This document shows positions 1 to 13,100 of a DNA stretch of 64,000 nt, one piece after another. Within the stretch, counting starts at the first letter, position 1. Each line of letters starts with the position of its first letter. This DNA comes from Malacoraja senta. Its lineage: Eukaryota. The DNA lies in contig CM075988.1 in NCBI GenBank assembly GCA_038087875.1, forward strand, positions 13,642,001 through 13,706,000, in the 5' to 3' direction. Made by a program: the position numbers and the translations under genes. The notes under the pieces are model-generated. The model did no database searches. It saw only the letters and a program-made list of their open reading frames with translations, and was not told the DNA's origin.

Positions 1-611
1 CTCTCTTTTAATTTGTTTTGCAAGAAATAGAGAATGAAAAAAAACAAATCTTCCCTTTGTTTTATTTAGCTCACATCATTCACGTGTGCAACTATTTAAT
101 GTGAAAACATTTGTATTTTCTACATTGTTGATCTCTTATCATTAAATCTGTGAATACTGAGTTATACACAGCAGCTTCAGGCACATTTTGGTTGATTTTT
201 TTCCCCCCATCCTGGTGATCCATGAACTAAAATGCTTTTATCTCCCTTGCTGTTTAAAACAAATTGCATCATTTTGTTTCACTAAAATTGCACAGTGGAA
301 TATCTAAGCTGCTCCAATTGCAACCAAACATATAATGGAATTGATTGTAAATGCTTGAAGTTTAGAATTTCGCTTATATTCCTAACTAGGTCAGATCTTT
401 CTAGATTTCTATTGCTGCTGCAATTTGTTCACCAGAATATTGAACATCTATTCCATTTAATCTGTTTGTTTTTCACACACTTCACCCTTCAAGGAGCTTA
501 TTTATTCATGCAAGCATATAGCTTATGGCAAGAATATCATGTTCTGTTATATTTGGATCAGATTCTGTTCATTAATGTATATGTTTCCAAGAGCATATGA
601 TCATACAATCC

Positions 612-676
<65 letters not shown>

Positions 677-700
677 TACATACATACATACATACATACA

Positions 701-735
<35 letters not shown>

Positions 736-736
736 C
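612..736. repeat. Compound microsatellite (TA)n(CA)n(TACA)n
   Basis: Directly visible. Confidence 0.97.
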
Positions 737-782
737 TAAATAGATGTATATATAATGTGTGAATTGTGTGTGTACATATATG

Positions 783-1335
783 CTCTATGGCTGTGAAACA
801 TGGACCTTGTATAGGAATCACATCCGTCAACTTGAGAAGTTCCATATGCGCTCGTTACGGTCCATCATGGGCATTCGCTGACAGGAAAAAGTGCCCAACC
901 TTGAAATATTGGACTGATCCAGCTTCACAATCATTGAGGCAATGATCATCAAAGCACAGCTCCGATAGACTGGGCCTTCGTCATCAGGGTGGATGAAACC
1001 CGCATGCCTCGATAGGTCTTCTACAGCGTGCTCTCCCAGGAAGCGGTACAAAGATTGCGTCAAGGACCATCTCTACTTTTGTGATCTTGCGGACAAGCAA
1101 CTGGATGCCTGCGCCAGCGACAGAACATGCTGGTGCGCAGCAGTGCGAACAGCAGCCAGCAGCTTCGCGGAGTACCTTAGAGCGACTTACCAAACCCAGG
1201 GATAGGAGGAAGGCTGCTGCCCAGAACCCGATGACCTTGATCTGCCCCCACTGCCCTCGAGTGTGAGGTTCATGAATTGGACTCGTGAGCAATGTCAGAA
1301 CTCACCAGAATTGAGACTGCACAACCCGCCATCAT
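783..1335 (+). mobile_element. Degenerate 3' end of an RTE-type LINE ORF
   Basis: Frame from 783 reads [42 protein letters not shown]...KAQLR*TG, typical of the RTE post-RT region. It has stops and a terminal CPHC motif. Confidence 0.75.
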
Positions 1336-1338
1336 CGT

Positions 1339-1540
<202 letters not shown>

Positions 1541-1989
1541 CCCACTCTTTACTATATTAACAGGATGGTCAAGATTATAAATAATGTTCTCCTTTTTTTT
1601 CTCTTTTTACTCTCTTTTTCTACTCTTTAACTCTCTTCTTTCATTCTCTTTTCTTCTTCTTCACACACTATATATCTCACGTTTTTCTATACTTTATTAT
1701 CTAATTTCTTTTTAGATAATAAAGTATTATCTAATAAAAAAATAAGAAGCTGTACATAAAATGTATTATGAAAATATGATTGTATACAATTGTACTTCTA
1801 ATAAAATAAAAAACAAACAAAAAACCCCCAAACAGAACTGCTGGGCCTTGTATCATACCTATCATGTATTCAAAGAATCCCAGCAGTGCACCAAATTACT
1901 TTGGGAAGTTAGCCAACAGTCAATCTATGCACAGTCAAAGAGAAATGGGGTGCCTGACAACATAATCTGTTTCACATGGAACATAGAAA

Positions 1990-2900
1990 TGAAAAGCGCA
2001 TGACCAGATTCTTCAGACCACTATGTCTGTGGCGAACATGATGCCAAGTTAAACTAATCTCTTCTGCCTACACATGATCCCTATCCCTCCATTCCCTGCA
2101 TATCCATGTGCCAATCTGACGCCACTATCATATCTGCTTCCAGCACCATCCCCAGTGCATTCCAGATACCTACCTTTCTCTGTGTAAAAAATCCCTTTTC
2201 ACATTAATGGCGTTAAGGGTTTTGCCATTAAATGTATACTTGAATCTTGCATTCAACCTCCCAAAGAATAAACAACTCACACTTGCTTGGATGAAACTCC
2301 ATCTGCATTTTCTCTACCATATCTGTGATTGATCTTTATCCCGTTGCATCCTTTGACAACCTTCCTCACTGCCCACAACTTCACAAATGTTGGTGTTTCC
2401 TGCAAAGTTACTAACAAACCCATTACTTTAACATATAAGGCATTTATACATACCATAAGCTACAGAGATCCCAGCACAGATTCCTGCAGAATATCACTGG
2501 TCACAGACCTTCAGCCAGAATAATCCCCTTTCACCACTACCCTCTATCTTTCATGGGTAGGCTAGTTCTGAATACAAACTACCAAATCATTGTGGAACCC
2601 TTGTCATGGACAAAGTCATACTGACTCTTCCTAGTTATCCCATTGTCTTCCAAATGCTAGTAAATCCTATCGTGAAGAATCCCCTCTGATAACTTCCCTA
2701 CCAGTGACATGCGGCTCACTTGCTTCTACTTTCCTGGATTACAAAGGAACAATATTGCTAGGCTGCAGTCCTCTGGGACCTTACCTCCGGATAGAGAAGA
2801 TACAAAGATCTTTGTTAAGGTCCCTGCAATGTCCTATCTTGCTTCTCTCCATAACCGGGGATGAATCCCAGCAGGCCCTGGAGAATTATCCATCTTGGTG
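1990..2900 (-). mobile_element. Degenerate CR1 LINE 3' fragment
   Basis: Reverse complement resembles the CR1 3' region seen intact at 40198-41705; no open ORF. Confidence 0.65.
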
Positions 2901-4199
2901 TTTTATTGGTGTTCCTTATTAGATTGTTCATGACCACAGTCCTCAGGAAAAATGCCTGCATTTTTCATTAGATTCATTCAGTCTAATCTGAGCTGGCAAA
3001 TAGAGCCTTTGTAATGTCCCATCCAAAGAAGATAGCACCTCCATCAAAGCAACCCTTCCCTCAGGTCAAAATAACATCTGAGGCAATATTGTGTCCACTT
3101 CGCCAAGCCAGTGCTTCAGGCAGTACATGACTATTGCTTTTAAAATACAGGATGAAAGAACATCATATAACAATTGAGAAATTTCAGAGTACAGTTAGCG
3201 TAAGAGTGCATTACATCATGGAATCAGTCCCTTCAGCATTATATATCCATGACGACCAGATGTATTGTGTTGAATTGCACATGGATCATACTGATGTGAA
3301 TGGTCAACAATAACTGAGACACCTTAGAGGAGAAGTAGTTACATTGTAAAAGTAAATTCAGCGAACCCATTGTTGCAAAGGTGAACTGCAATTGAAATGT
3401 TTTTATTGGTGTATCTCCAGCGGGTCTGACTTCCTCAAACAAGGCACTCTGTGGGAGCTCGGAATCACATACTGTAATTCAACCATTCCAACTTCAAGCA
3501 GAAATCTTTGCAGTTCGGTTCTACTTCACTCACATTACAATAAACTTCCCTCCATATGGCACTGTTCTCTAGATTAACTAAAAGTAACAGAAATAGTCAT
3601 TTTAATGTGGCGACCTTGGTGCAATATACATCAATTTATTGTGCACTGCTAGTGTATGGGGGAAACTAACGAAGTAAACTACACTCTTGCAAAGTAGAAT
3701 ACTGCTGCTTTGGTATCGTTTTTGTTTGTAGTTTAGTCTGCCAATTGCATATATATTGGAGGTGACATGGATTTCAGAAAGAAAATGCTTTATAACATCT
3801 AATGTTTGATTTCCAGGGCTTTCCTGAACAATGTGTCAAATATTTGTGGTTCTTGGATTTGCAGAAAAACAAATTTGATCTATCATCTCCCTCAATATGA
3901 TTAAAGGGGTATTTAATACTGATCTCTAAGCAACTTGTAAAGAATAATTAGTTTTATACCACAATAACTTCTTTCTAGGGAAATATGGAAATTTACAGGA
4001 ATTCTGCTCTTTGAAATGAATGCATTTAATGCATCCATAATTCATCTATAATTTAAAAGGTTAGGGTTATATTTTAATATTGCTGTGGCCTCTGCATCAT
4101 TAGTCTCTGTTGCAGCATTATGATTGAATTAGGCTGATGTCTTTGGGATAATGTTGTGTAACAAATTGTGCATCAGCACACAAAGGAAGAGATAGCGAA

Positions 4200-5650
4200 C
4201 CCTTAAAGATTTTACATCTTTGTTAGCTACAGGTGAGCTCACACTATACTAGATAATAGATAAAGTTGGTCCTTTATTTAATAAGGGCAGCAGAGGTAGA
4301 CCAGGTAACAGCAGGTCGGTGAGTCTTATATCAATGGTGTGATTTTTTTGCAGAAAATTGTTAGGGACAGGGTTTCTGTACATTTGGAAAGACTAATAAG
4401 CAACTGTCAGCATGTCTTTGAATGGGGAAAATTCTGTCTCAATTTGAATGTGTATTGAGAAGATAATGAAGGTGATTGATCAAGGCAGATATTGCTGTAT
4501 GGTCTTCAACAAAGACTTGACAAGGCCTTGCATGATTAACTAATCCTGAAAGTTATGTCACGCGATATTCATGAGAAGCTGGCTAATCGGATCCAAAATT
4601 GATAGGATAGTCGTAAAAGGATGTTTTTCTGATTGGAAGTCTGTGCTGTAGAATTGGTGCAGGACACCTTTGTGTTTGTGACATATTAATGAATTGGATG
4701 GGAATGTAGAAGATATGATTAGTATATTTGCAGATGATACAAAAATTAGTGATGCTGTGTAGAACAAGGAAGGTTGCTTTAGGCTTCAGCAGGAGATAGA
4801 ATGGATGGAAAGTTGGTGGTGGTTAACAGATGAAATTTAATCCAGACAAATGCGAGTTAATGCATTTTAGGAAGGTTAATCAGGGTAGGACAAATATAGT
4901 AAATGGCGGGGCATTCAAAATTGTTGATGAACAGGGAGACCCGGGGGTCCAAGTACGTTGTTCCCTTAAAGTGTCATCATGGATCAATAAGATGGTGCAG
5001 AAGGGATCCAGCAAGCTTGCTTTCCCAGACTAATTCATTGAATAGAGTCTGAAGAAGGGTCTCGACCTGAAACGTCACCCATTCCTTCTTTCCAGAGATA
5101 CTGCCTGTCCTGCTGAGTTACTCCAGCATTTTGTGTCAATCTTTGATTTAAACCAGCATCTGCAGTTCCTTCATACACATTGAATAGAGTGTTGTGTGTG
5201 GTCGTGGTTGCTACAAAAAGTACAGAGTAAGTCGTTGCACTGTAGAGTGTGCAGAGATTCACCAGGATGTTGGCTGGATAGGAGGACTATAGGTATGTGG
5301 AGAGATCGGATAGGCAGGGTTTGCTTTCCCTGGATCGAAGGAGGCTGAAGGTTGACCTGATAAAAATATACATGAGGCATAGATCAATTGTTGTACCATT
5401 AGTTCACATGGTAAGGGTTCAAAAATAAATGGCTTGGATTTTGGGTGAGAGGAAGGAGTTCTGAGTGAAATTTTTGTTTCATGGAGAATAACTGATGTAT
5501 GGAATGTGCTGCCTGAAGAGGTGCTAGACACAAGAGACATTTAGGCAGACACTTAAATAGGCAAGGCACAGAGAGATATGGTATTCATGCTGGATTAGAG
5601 TAGATGGGCAAAAGATGTCTGAGATGTGATGGGCTGAAGGGCCTGTTTCT
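4200..5650 (+). mobile_element. Degenerate CR1 LINE (RT to 3' tail), interrupted by a Penelope-derived insert
   Basis: tttgcagatgatacaaaa (FADDTK); MKFNPDKCELMHF; CR1 tail gggctgaagggcctgtttct. Confidence 0.85.
5049..5177 (+). mobile_element. Short Penelope-derived element (pseudo-LTR/3' UTR) with hammerhead-like core
   Basis: 13-bp TSD cattgaatagagt (5036-5048 and 5178-5190). Same sequence family as the 3' UTR of the GIY-YIG element at 62930-63135. Confidence 0.8.
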
Positions 5651-6269
5651 GATCATGACACTAAGAGGACAATGATTCAGATTTTGCCTTAAAAAGGAAA
5701 CTGAATGTGTCTGCCATTAATTGATTTTTCTTCCAGTTTTCTTCCAAACCTAGCAATTACAGTAAATCTAAGGTCAATGCAAAGTAGCAGAATAACCTGT
5801 CTGTCTTGGCCCCTGAGTACTTACTGTACATCCATAATCAGTCACATTGAAGGACTGAAATCCTTGAAACTGACAGTTTAAGGATGAAGAAGGATGAACT
5901 AAAATGGGTGAATACAATGTCAAATCATACACAGAAAGAAAAACAAAATAGGTAATAAAGATCAGCTTGAGAAAGAGCTCTGTTATCTCTATCTTTTTTT
6001 AGACCTTAGACTTTTAAAGATGCAGCACAGAATCTTTGAGTCCACACCGACCAGCAATCATCCCGTACACTAGCACTGTTCAAAGTTTTTCCACCATTCA
6101 ATTAGAGTACGTCCGATCACTACCAAATACCCATCTATCCAGCCTGTTCCATATCTGTTGATATTAAATAGCTGCATCAATCTTAAAAAATTGAATTGGG
6201 GGGCTTTGGAAGAACAAGTTCCAGATTTCCACTTATGGTCACAGAGTCAAATAACATGAAAACAGACCC

Positions 6270-6535
6270 TTCAGTCCAGAGTCTGCATTGTCCACCAAGT
6301 CCCTTTACATCAAGCTAACATTAAGCCCATTTGGTTCTCCTCGCATTCCAATCAACTGTTCCTAGATTCTACCACTCACTCAAGTTACAGTGGCCAATTA
6401 CCTACTAACCTGACATCTTTGAGATGTGGGAGGAAAACCTTGCAGTCACAGGGATAATAAGCAATCTCCACAGAGACAACACTCAAGGTCAGCATTGAAT
6501 TTAGGTCGCTGTAGCCGTGGGACTGCAGCTCTACT
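6270..6535 (-). mobile_element. Degenerate HE1-like V-SINE
   Basis: Reverse-complement similarity to the SINE at 12801-13100. Confidence 0.65.
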
Positions 6536-6899
6536 ATTTGTTAAAAAATATCTTTTTAATGATTATATATTCATTTAAAACAAGTACATTGTTCTCAAAT
6601 AGCCTGTTTCTTGTTTTGTTTTTCAAATGCTGTTCTGCAAAGGTATAACTAATTACTGCATAATTAACCTTAAAATTATTAACCATATAATTAGTTGGCT
6701 CAAATTATGACATCACAAGGAAATGTCCCCACACGCCCGCTTCATCAAACAGATATTATACTGCAGTATATTGGACAGTGTACAGACCAGGTTAAGAGAA
6801 GGAAGCTGTATTGAATTTGATTAGATGACTGTCCAGTAATGAGTGAAAACCTAAATGGGTTAATTTCAAAAAGTTATTTTATAATTTGTATGAGAGTCA

Positions 6900-7170
6900 T
6901 AAGGTCCTAAGGAATAGGAGTAGAATTAGGCCATTCGGCCCATCAAGTCTACGCCGCCATTCAATCATGGCTGATTTATCTCTCCCTCCTAATCACATTC
7001 TCCTGTCTTCTCCCCATAACCTCTGACACCTGTACTAATGAAGAATCCATCTATCTCTGCCTTAAAACTATCCACTGACTTGGCCTCTACAGCCTTCTGT
7101 GGAAACGACTCTCCCACAAGTGGAAACATCCTCTCCACATCCACTCTCTCCAAGCCTTTCACTATTCAAT
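6900..7170 (-). mobile_element. CR1 3' tail fragment
   Basis: Near reverse complement of 52990-53205. Confidence 0.8.
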
Positions 7171-7630
7171 AACGTGTGACAGTCATAACATATGATTGGA
7201 GCAGTTTACTGGGTAAGTTAATATTTGAAAGGTGGAATAGTTGACATTTGTGTCATTAATATATTTTCCGATTGCTTGTGTATAATCAGGGATATGGAGC
7301 CTTGTCATTGTAGACGATGAAATCACATAAAACAAGCAGTTTAGCCCCAAAATTAAAAAAAATGCCTCTTTGGATGTTACTTTTTTCTCAAAGGTCTAGT
7401 TTAACTTGGCTGGAAGTAAGACTTTTGTATTGCTGTAAAGTTCTGGTTAGCTTCTACTGGTAAATTCTGGTTGTTAAACTGTTGTATCTCGAAGTATATT
7501 GACATGCTGAGCACCATGTAAATAATGGCCCCACCTGAGATATAACATATGCTCAGCATAATATACCATATTAATGAGGAAATATATACTTACATACATA
7601 ATATTATAGTATTCAAAGTGTTACATTCTA

Positions 7631-9247
7631 CAGTGGCTTGCAAAAGTTTTCATACCCCTTGAACTTTTCCACATTTTGTCACATTACAACCACAAACGTA
7701 AATGTATTTTATTGGGATTTTATGTGATAGACCAACACAAAGTGGTGCATAATTGTGAAGTGGAAGGAAAATGATACATGGTTTTCAAATTTTTTTACAA
7801 ATAAAAAACTGAAAAGTGTCGCGTGCAAAAGTATTCAGCCCCCCTGAGTCAATACTTTATAGAACCACCTTTCGCTGCAATTACAGCTGCAAGTCTTTTG
7901 GGGTATGTCTCTACCAGCTTTGCACATCTAGAGACTGAAATTTTTGCCCATTCTTCTTTGCAAAATAGCTCAAGCTCAGTCAGATTGGATGGAGAGCGTC
8001 TGTGAACAGCAATTTTCAAGTCTTGCCAGAGATTCTCAATTAGATTTAGGTCTGGACTTTGACTGGGCCATTCTAACACATGAATATGCTTTGATCTAAA
8101 CCATTCCATTGTAGCTCTGGCTGTATGTTTAGGGTCGTTGTCCTGCTGGAAGGTGAACCTCCGCCCCAGTCTCAAGTCTTTTGCAGACTCTAACAGGTTT
8201 TCTTCCAAGATTGCCCTGTATTTGGCTCCATCCATCTTCCCATCAACTCTGACCAGCTTCCCTGTCCCTGCTGAAGAAAAGCATCCCCACAGCATGATGC
8301 TGCCACCACCATGTTTCAAAGTGGGGATGGTGTGTTCAGGGTGATGTGCAGTGTTAGGTTTCCGCCACACATAGCGTTTTGCATTTAGGCCAAAAACTTC
8401 AATTTTGGTCTCATCTGACCAGAGCACCTTCCTCCACATGTTTGCTGTGTCCCCCACATGGCTTGTGGCAAACTGCAAACGGGACTTCTTATGGCTTTTT
8501 TTCAACAATGACTTTCTTCTTGCCACTCTTCCATAAAGGCCCGATTTGTGGAGTGCACGACTAATAGTTGTCCTGTGGACAGATTCTCCCACCTGAGCTG
8601 TGGATCTCTGCAGCTCCTCCAGAGTTACCATGGGCCTCTTGGCTGCTTCTCTGATCAATGCTCTCCTTGCCCGACCTGTCAGTTTAGGTGGACGGCCATG
8701 TCTTGGTAGGTTTGCAGTTGTGCCATACTCTTTCCATTTTCGGATGATGGATTGAACAGTGCTCCGTGAGATGTTCAAAGCTTGGGATATTTTTTTATAA
8801 CCTAACCCTGCTTTAAACTTCTCCACAACTTTATCCCTGACCTGTCTGGTGTGTTCCTTGGGCTTCATGATGCTGTTTGTTCACTAATGTTCTCTAACAA
8901 ACCTCTGAGGCCTTCACAGAACAGCTGTATTTATACTGAGATTAGATTACACACAAGTGGACTCTATTTACTAATTAGGTGACATTTGAAGGCAATTGGT
9001 TGCACTGGATTATATTTAGGGGTATCAGAGTAAAGGGGGCTGAATACTTTTGCACGCGACACATTTCAGTTTTTTATTTGTAAAAAAATTTGAAAACCAT
9101 GTATCATTTTCCTTCCACTTCACAATTATGCACCACTTTGTGTTGGTCTATCATATAAAATCCCAATAAAATACATTTACGTTTGTGGTTGTAACGTGAC
9201 AAAATGTGGAAAAGTTCAAGGGGTATGAATACTTTTGCAAGCCACTG
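7631..9247 (-). mobile_element. Full-length Tc1 (IR/DR, Passport-like) DNA transposon, 1617 bp
   Basis: TA on both flanks (7629-7630, 9248-9249). About 213-bp TIRs (7631-7843, 9035-9247) with about 4 mismatches. Each TIR carries outer and inner tgcaaaagt(a/t)ttca direct repeats. Confidence 0.97.
7849..8868 (-). CDS. Tc1-family DD34E transposase, 339 aa, uninterrupted
   Basis: Paired-like HTH, GRPPK AT-hook, WSDETK, FQQDNDPKH and SPDLNLIE motifs; 34 residues between the second D and the E. Confidence 0.95.
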   Translation of the reverse strand: MKPKEHTRQVRDKVVEKFKAGLGYKKISQALNISRSTVQSIIRKWKEYGTTANLPRHGRPPKLTGRARRALIREAAKRPMVTLEELQRSTAQVGESVHRTTISRALHKSGLYGRVARRKSLLKKSHKKSRLQFATSHVGDTANMWRKVLWSDETKIEVFGLNAKRYVWRKPNTAHHPEHTIPTLKHGGGSIMLWGCFSSAGTGKLVRVDGKMDGAKYRAILEENLLESAKDLRLGRRFTFQQDNDPKHTARATMEWFRSKHIHVLEWPSQSPDLNLIENLWQDLKIAVHRRSPSNLTELELFCKEEWAKISVSRCAKLVETYPKRLAAVIAAKGGSIKY

Positions 9248-9844
9248 TACACTGAACACTGCACCCCAGAATGGCTTCCAGGGTAATTTAATTGAGGTAG
9301 GTTATAATAGTCCATGACTGTGTAGATAAACAAGAAATATTTCCTCCATTGTGGTTGTCAAGGGGTTTACATTAAAGGTGAAATCTAGAAGTTTTTGATG
9401 CTACATCAATTGAACATGTCAAAGCTAAGATTGATAGTGTCTGTAAAGGATATTGAATCAAGATGCGTTGATTATCTATGATGTATCCAAGTTACCAAAC
9501 AGACCTAAAGACCTAAGCTGAACATAATAGTAGTGGCAAGAGCAATTTAAGATATTAAACTTGATCTCTACAATTGAAAGCTGACTTGTTTGATGAGGGA
9601 GTACCAGCATTGTGGTACTAACTATGATTGGTACCTAACCTGTTCTTGGAAAACACATTCAAAATTGAGCAGCTATCAAAATATCCACTAGGCATCACTA
9701 TTTAGGTTGCTTTTTATGTGAATGCCCATTTATCATGCCTGAGGCAGTCATTTAAGCATTTGGTCCCATAATGAACTACTTTCCTCTTATCCTCAATTCC
9801 ACGTGCGTAATCATAGTGCATGTCTGAGCAAAGTGTGTTCCTTC

Positions 9845-10327
9845 CATGGCTGACAGTCACTCACTACACAGAATACAGCGCATTGTCTCCAAGGCCTCTA
9901 GGATCATCAACTCTCCCCTCCCCTCAATCCATTCCATTTACCTCCAACGTACCTCAAAACGGGCAACAAAGATCATCTCGGACCCCTCCCATCCAGCAAA
10001 CCACCTTTTCCAGTCTCTCCCTTCAGGGAGGCGCCTTAGGTCACTTGCTACAAAATCCACCCGTTTTAAAAACAGTTTCTTCCCCTCAGCAATAAGAACA
10101 CTTAATTCCCTCCAATAACTTTTTGACTTTGATGTATACAGTGTCTTGTCTATGGTTTTTGTCTGTTCTTTTGCACTATGTATTGTTGGTGAGATTTGTG
10201 ATTTGTGATGTGCTTTATTATTATTGTTGTTAGCGTTAATGTGCTAAAGCAGTACCATCATGTACCGAACCCAATTACCACCAACCCTGGTCGTGTGGCA
10301 AATAAAGTTTCTATTCTATTCTATTCT
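9845..10327 (+). mobile_element. Rex1/Babar-type LINE 3' end with (CTATT)n tail
   Basis: IISDPSHPANHLFQSLPSGRRLRS...RFKNSFFPSAIRTLN, then aataaa and (ctatt)n. Confidence 0.85.
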
Positions 10328-11837
10328 TCCTCTGCTTTGGGAAATGTAGCAACATCCGTTTAATTGCTTGCCTCTTGGGTAACATGGCAGTGGGAAAGTT
10401 AACTTTCTTGCCTGGGCTGCTTCAGGTTGTGTTAGACATTAGCACAGGAGCCGAGGACAAATGAAGAAAAATGTGGACACGTTCAACAAACAAAATGAGT
10501 TAAAACCTCTTGCCTTCAAGTTTCTCCAGGCAAATTATGTCAATTTATCCAGATGATTTGCTAAGCAAGTTGTCTCTTCTGTCCCATTAGTGTTAGAGAG
10601 TCGATTTTTCTCAATTATTTCTCACTCAGTAACTGAATCCCTATCAATAAAAGAATAGGAAAAGATTCTAGTGAGATGCAAGAAAGAGAAACGGTTCCTA
10701 AAATGTAAAGGGAGTTAGTTAAGATCCCATTACATTAAATAACATTACAGTTGGAATTTAAATAAAAATGGGACAGGTTTATGTCCAATTTTGGCATGCT
10801 TCCTGTTCAAGCTGCAGCAGTGTGAAATGACAACATCGGGATTCCATTAAAATGGGCTTCAAGTCATCATATAGACCTGTAATTGCCACCACAAACAATT
10901 AGACTGCAAAGTCTCAATCCATTTATTGAATTTCTTGTGGTGTATACCTGTAAAGATGTTGAATTACTTCTATTTGAAGTCTTTTTCATCTTCTGTCATT
11001 CTCTTCCTTGCTATCCCGCAAAACTGAACAGTAATCTCTTGCCAATCTTACTTTATGGATGAGCAGCTCATGTTTTGTCTTTGGGAGGAGAAAGGACTGA
11101 CTTGAGGGAGCAGTTTGCACTTAATTGGGAAAAGGAATAAATATTGAGAATGGTTATTATCCTGCATAACAGCACACTGTGATCAAAAGGCTTGACATCT
11201 TCTCTAGCCATGGAATGTATTAAATCCTAATTGTTAGCTATCACCATGAAGAATCATTTATTTGTGAGAGAACAGATCAATTGAGAGTCCATGTCTTTTA
11301 ATCAGACTCATAATTCCACACCCACTATTTTTTGGATTGCTTTGTAGTGACAGCAATAAATAGCCTGCAATTCAAATGATAGGCTTCACATAAGATAGAA
11401 CATAGACCTTGAGTCAGTTCCGAGGATTCCAGACTGCACTTGATCCTCTTTCACATACCTTTTGATCACCATGGATCAGAACTACAATGGGATTTACCCA
11501 TTATTGCTTCACATCGTTTGATAACTATACCAACAATTAATCTATGGCATAAATTTTATGATTTCAATTGATCCATGGTTTTTTGGAAGAGACATTTCTA
11601 CTCTTCACTTTCACAGAAAGGTTTCCTGACTTCTTCTTTCCCATATTTTTATCCAATTATTTTGAAGGTCCCCTTGCAAGCTTCTATTCCCATCCACACA
11701 ACTATAAATTCCTTAGGTAAGCTGAAGCTCCAACTGGTCACTGTAAATATCCTTGCCGTATTTTGCCTATCAGAATATTCCCTCGACCATGACTCTCACA
11801 GTTCCTGGCCTATTAAAAACACACATGAGATAAGGTT

Positions 11838-11970
11838 GTGTAGGTAGGAACTGCAGATGCTGGTTTAAACCTAAGATAGACACAAACAGCTGTAGTAGCT
11901 CAGCGGGTCAAGCAGCATCTCTGGAGAAAAGGAATAGGTGACGTTTCGGGTCGAGACCCTTCTTCAGACT
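11838..11970 (-). mobile_element. Short Penelope-derived element with hammerhead-like core
   Basis: Reverse complement contains ctgaagaagggtctcgacccgaaacgtc (11940-11967). Confidence 0.8.
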
Positions 11971-11979
11971 CTAGTACTT

Positions 11980-12252
11980 TCAGAATTAAAGGACGTTCTT
12001 TTAGGATGGAGATGAGGAGACATTTCTTTTGTCAGAGGTTGGTGAATCTGTGGAATACAGAAGGCTGTGGAGGCCATCAGTGTATATTTTTACGGCAGTG
12101 ATAGATAGATTCTTGATTAGTACAGGTGTCAGAGGTTATGGGGAAAAGGCAGGAGAATGGGGTCAGGAGGGAGAGATAGATCAGCCATGATTAAATAGTG
12201 GAGTAGACTTGATGGGCTGAATGGCCTAATTCTACTCCTATTCTTTATGACC
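11980..12252 (+). mobile_element. CR1 3' fragment
   Basis: Matches the CR1 tail at 52925-53205. Confidence 0.8.
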
Positions 12253-12800
12253 ATTTGTTCTCATTTTAATGCATTATGTAATGCCCATGCCAACCGAGAT
12301 GGCCCATCTGCACTAGACACACTTGCCTGTATTTGACCCATATCTCCAGAAACCTTTGCTCTCCTTGTACCTGTCCAAATGTCTTTTAAATGTTGCTATA
12401 GTTCTTGCCTCAACTGCCATGTCTAACAGCTTGTTCCATGTACACACTACGATGCTCCATGTGAAGCGTTTGTGGAGATGGTAAATCTATTGAGTGTGAT
12501 CGAGCTGAATTCCCTGAATTCTGGAGAGATCACAGGCAATTGGTGAACTGCAAATATAAGGATAGAGCCAAAGTAGAAAACTATTGGCCGGTTAGTCCAA
12601 CATCTGTGTTCGGGAAAATGTTGGTATTCATTATTAAGGAGGTTAAAAAACAAAGTCATAAGACAATCAAGCTGATGCAACATGAATTTGTAAAAGGGAA
12701 ATGGTGTTTGTCAAATTTGCCAGAGTTCTTCAAGGATGTAACAAACAGGGTGGATTAAGATACCAGCAGATGAGACTTCACAGACAACCTCCCAGCTAAA

Positions 12801-13100
12801 GGGAGGCACAGTGGCGCAGCGGTAGAGTTGCCACCTTACAGCTCTAGAGACCCGTGTTCGATCCTGGCCATGGGTGCTGTCTGTATGGAGTTTGTTCGTT
12901 CTCCTTGTGACCACATGGGTTTTCTCCGGGTGCTTTGGTTTCCTCCCACTCTCTAAATACACACAGTTTGTAGGTTAATTGGCTCCGATAAAATTGTAAA
13001 ATTGTTCCTAGTTTGTAGGATAGTGTTAGTGTACGGGTTGATAGCTGGTCAACATGGACTTGGTGGGCCGAAGGGACTGCTTCCACGCTGTATCTCTAAA
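12801..13100 (+). mobile_element. HE1-like tRNA-derived V-SINE with CR1-derived tail
   Basis: A-box-like tggcgcagcgg, B-box gttcgatcc, V-domain-like core, and tail gggccgaaggg..gtttcc..gctgtatctctaaa shared with CR1 ends. Confidence 0.85.

Noticed and set aside
7505..7559. Inverted repeat atgctgagca/tgctcagcat
   Set aside because: Only 10-bp arms and no other support.
12801..12870. tRNA-like A/B boxes
   Set aside because: These are SINE heads, not cloverleaf tRNA genes.
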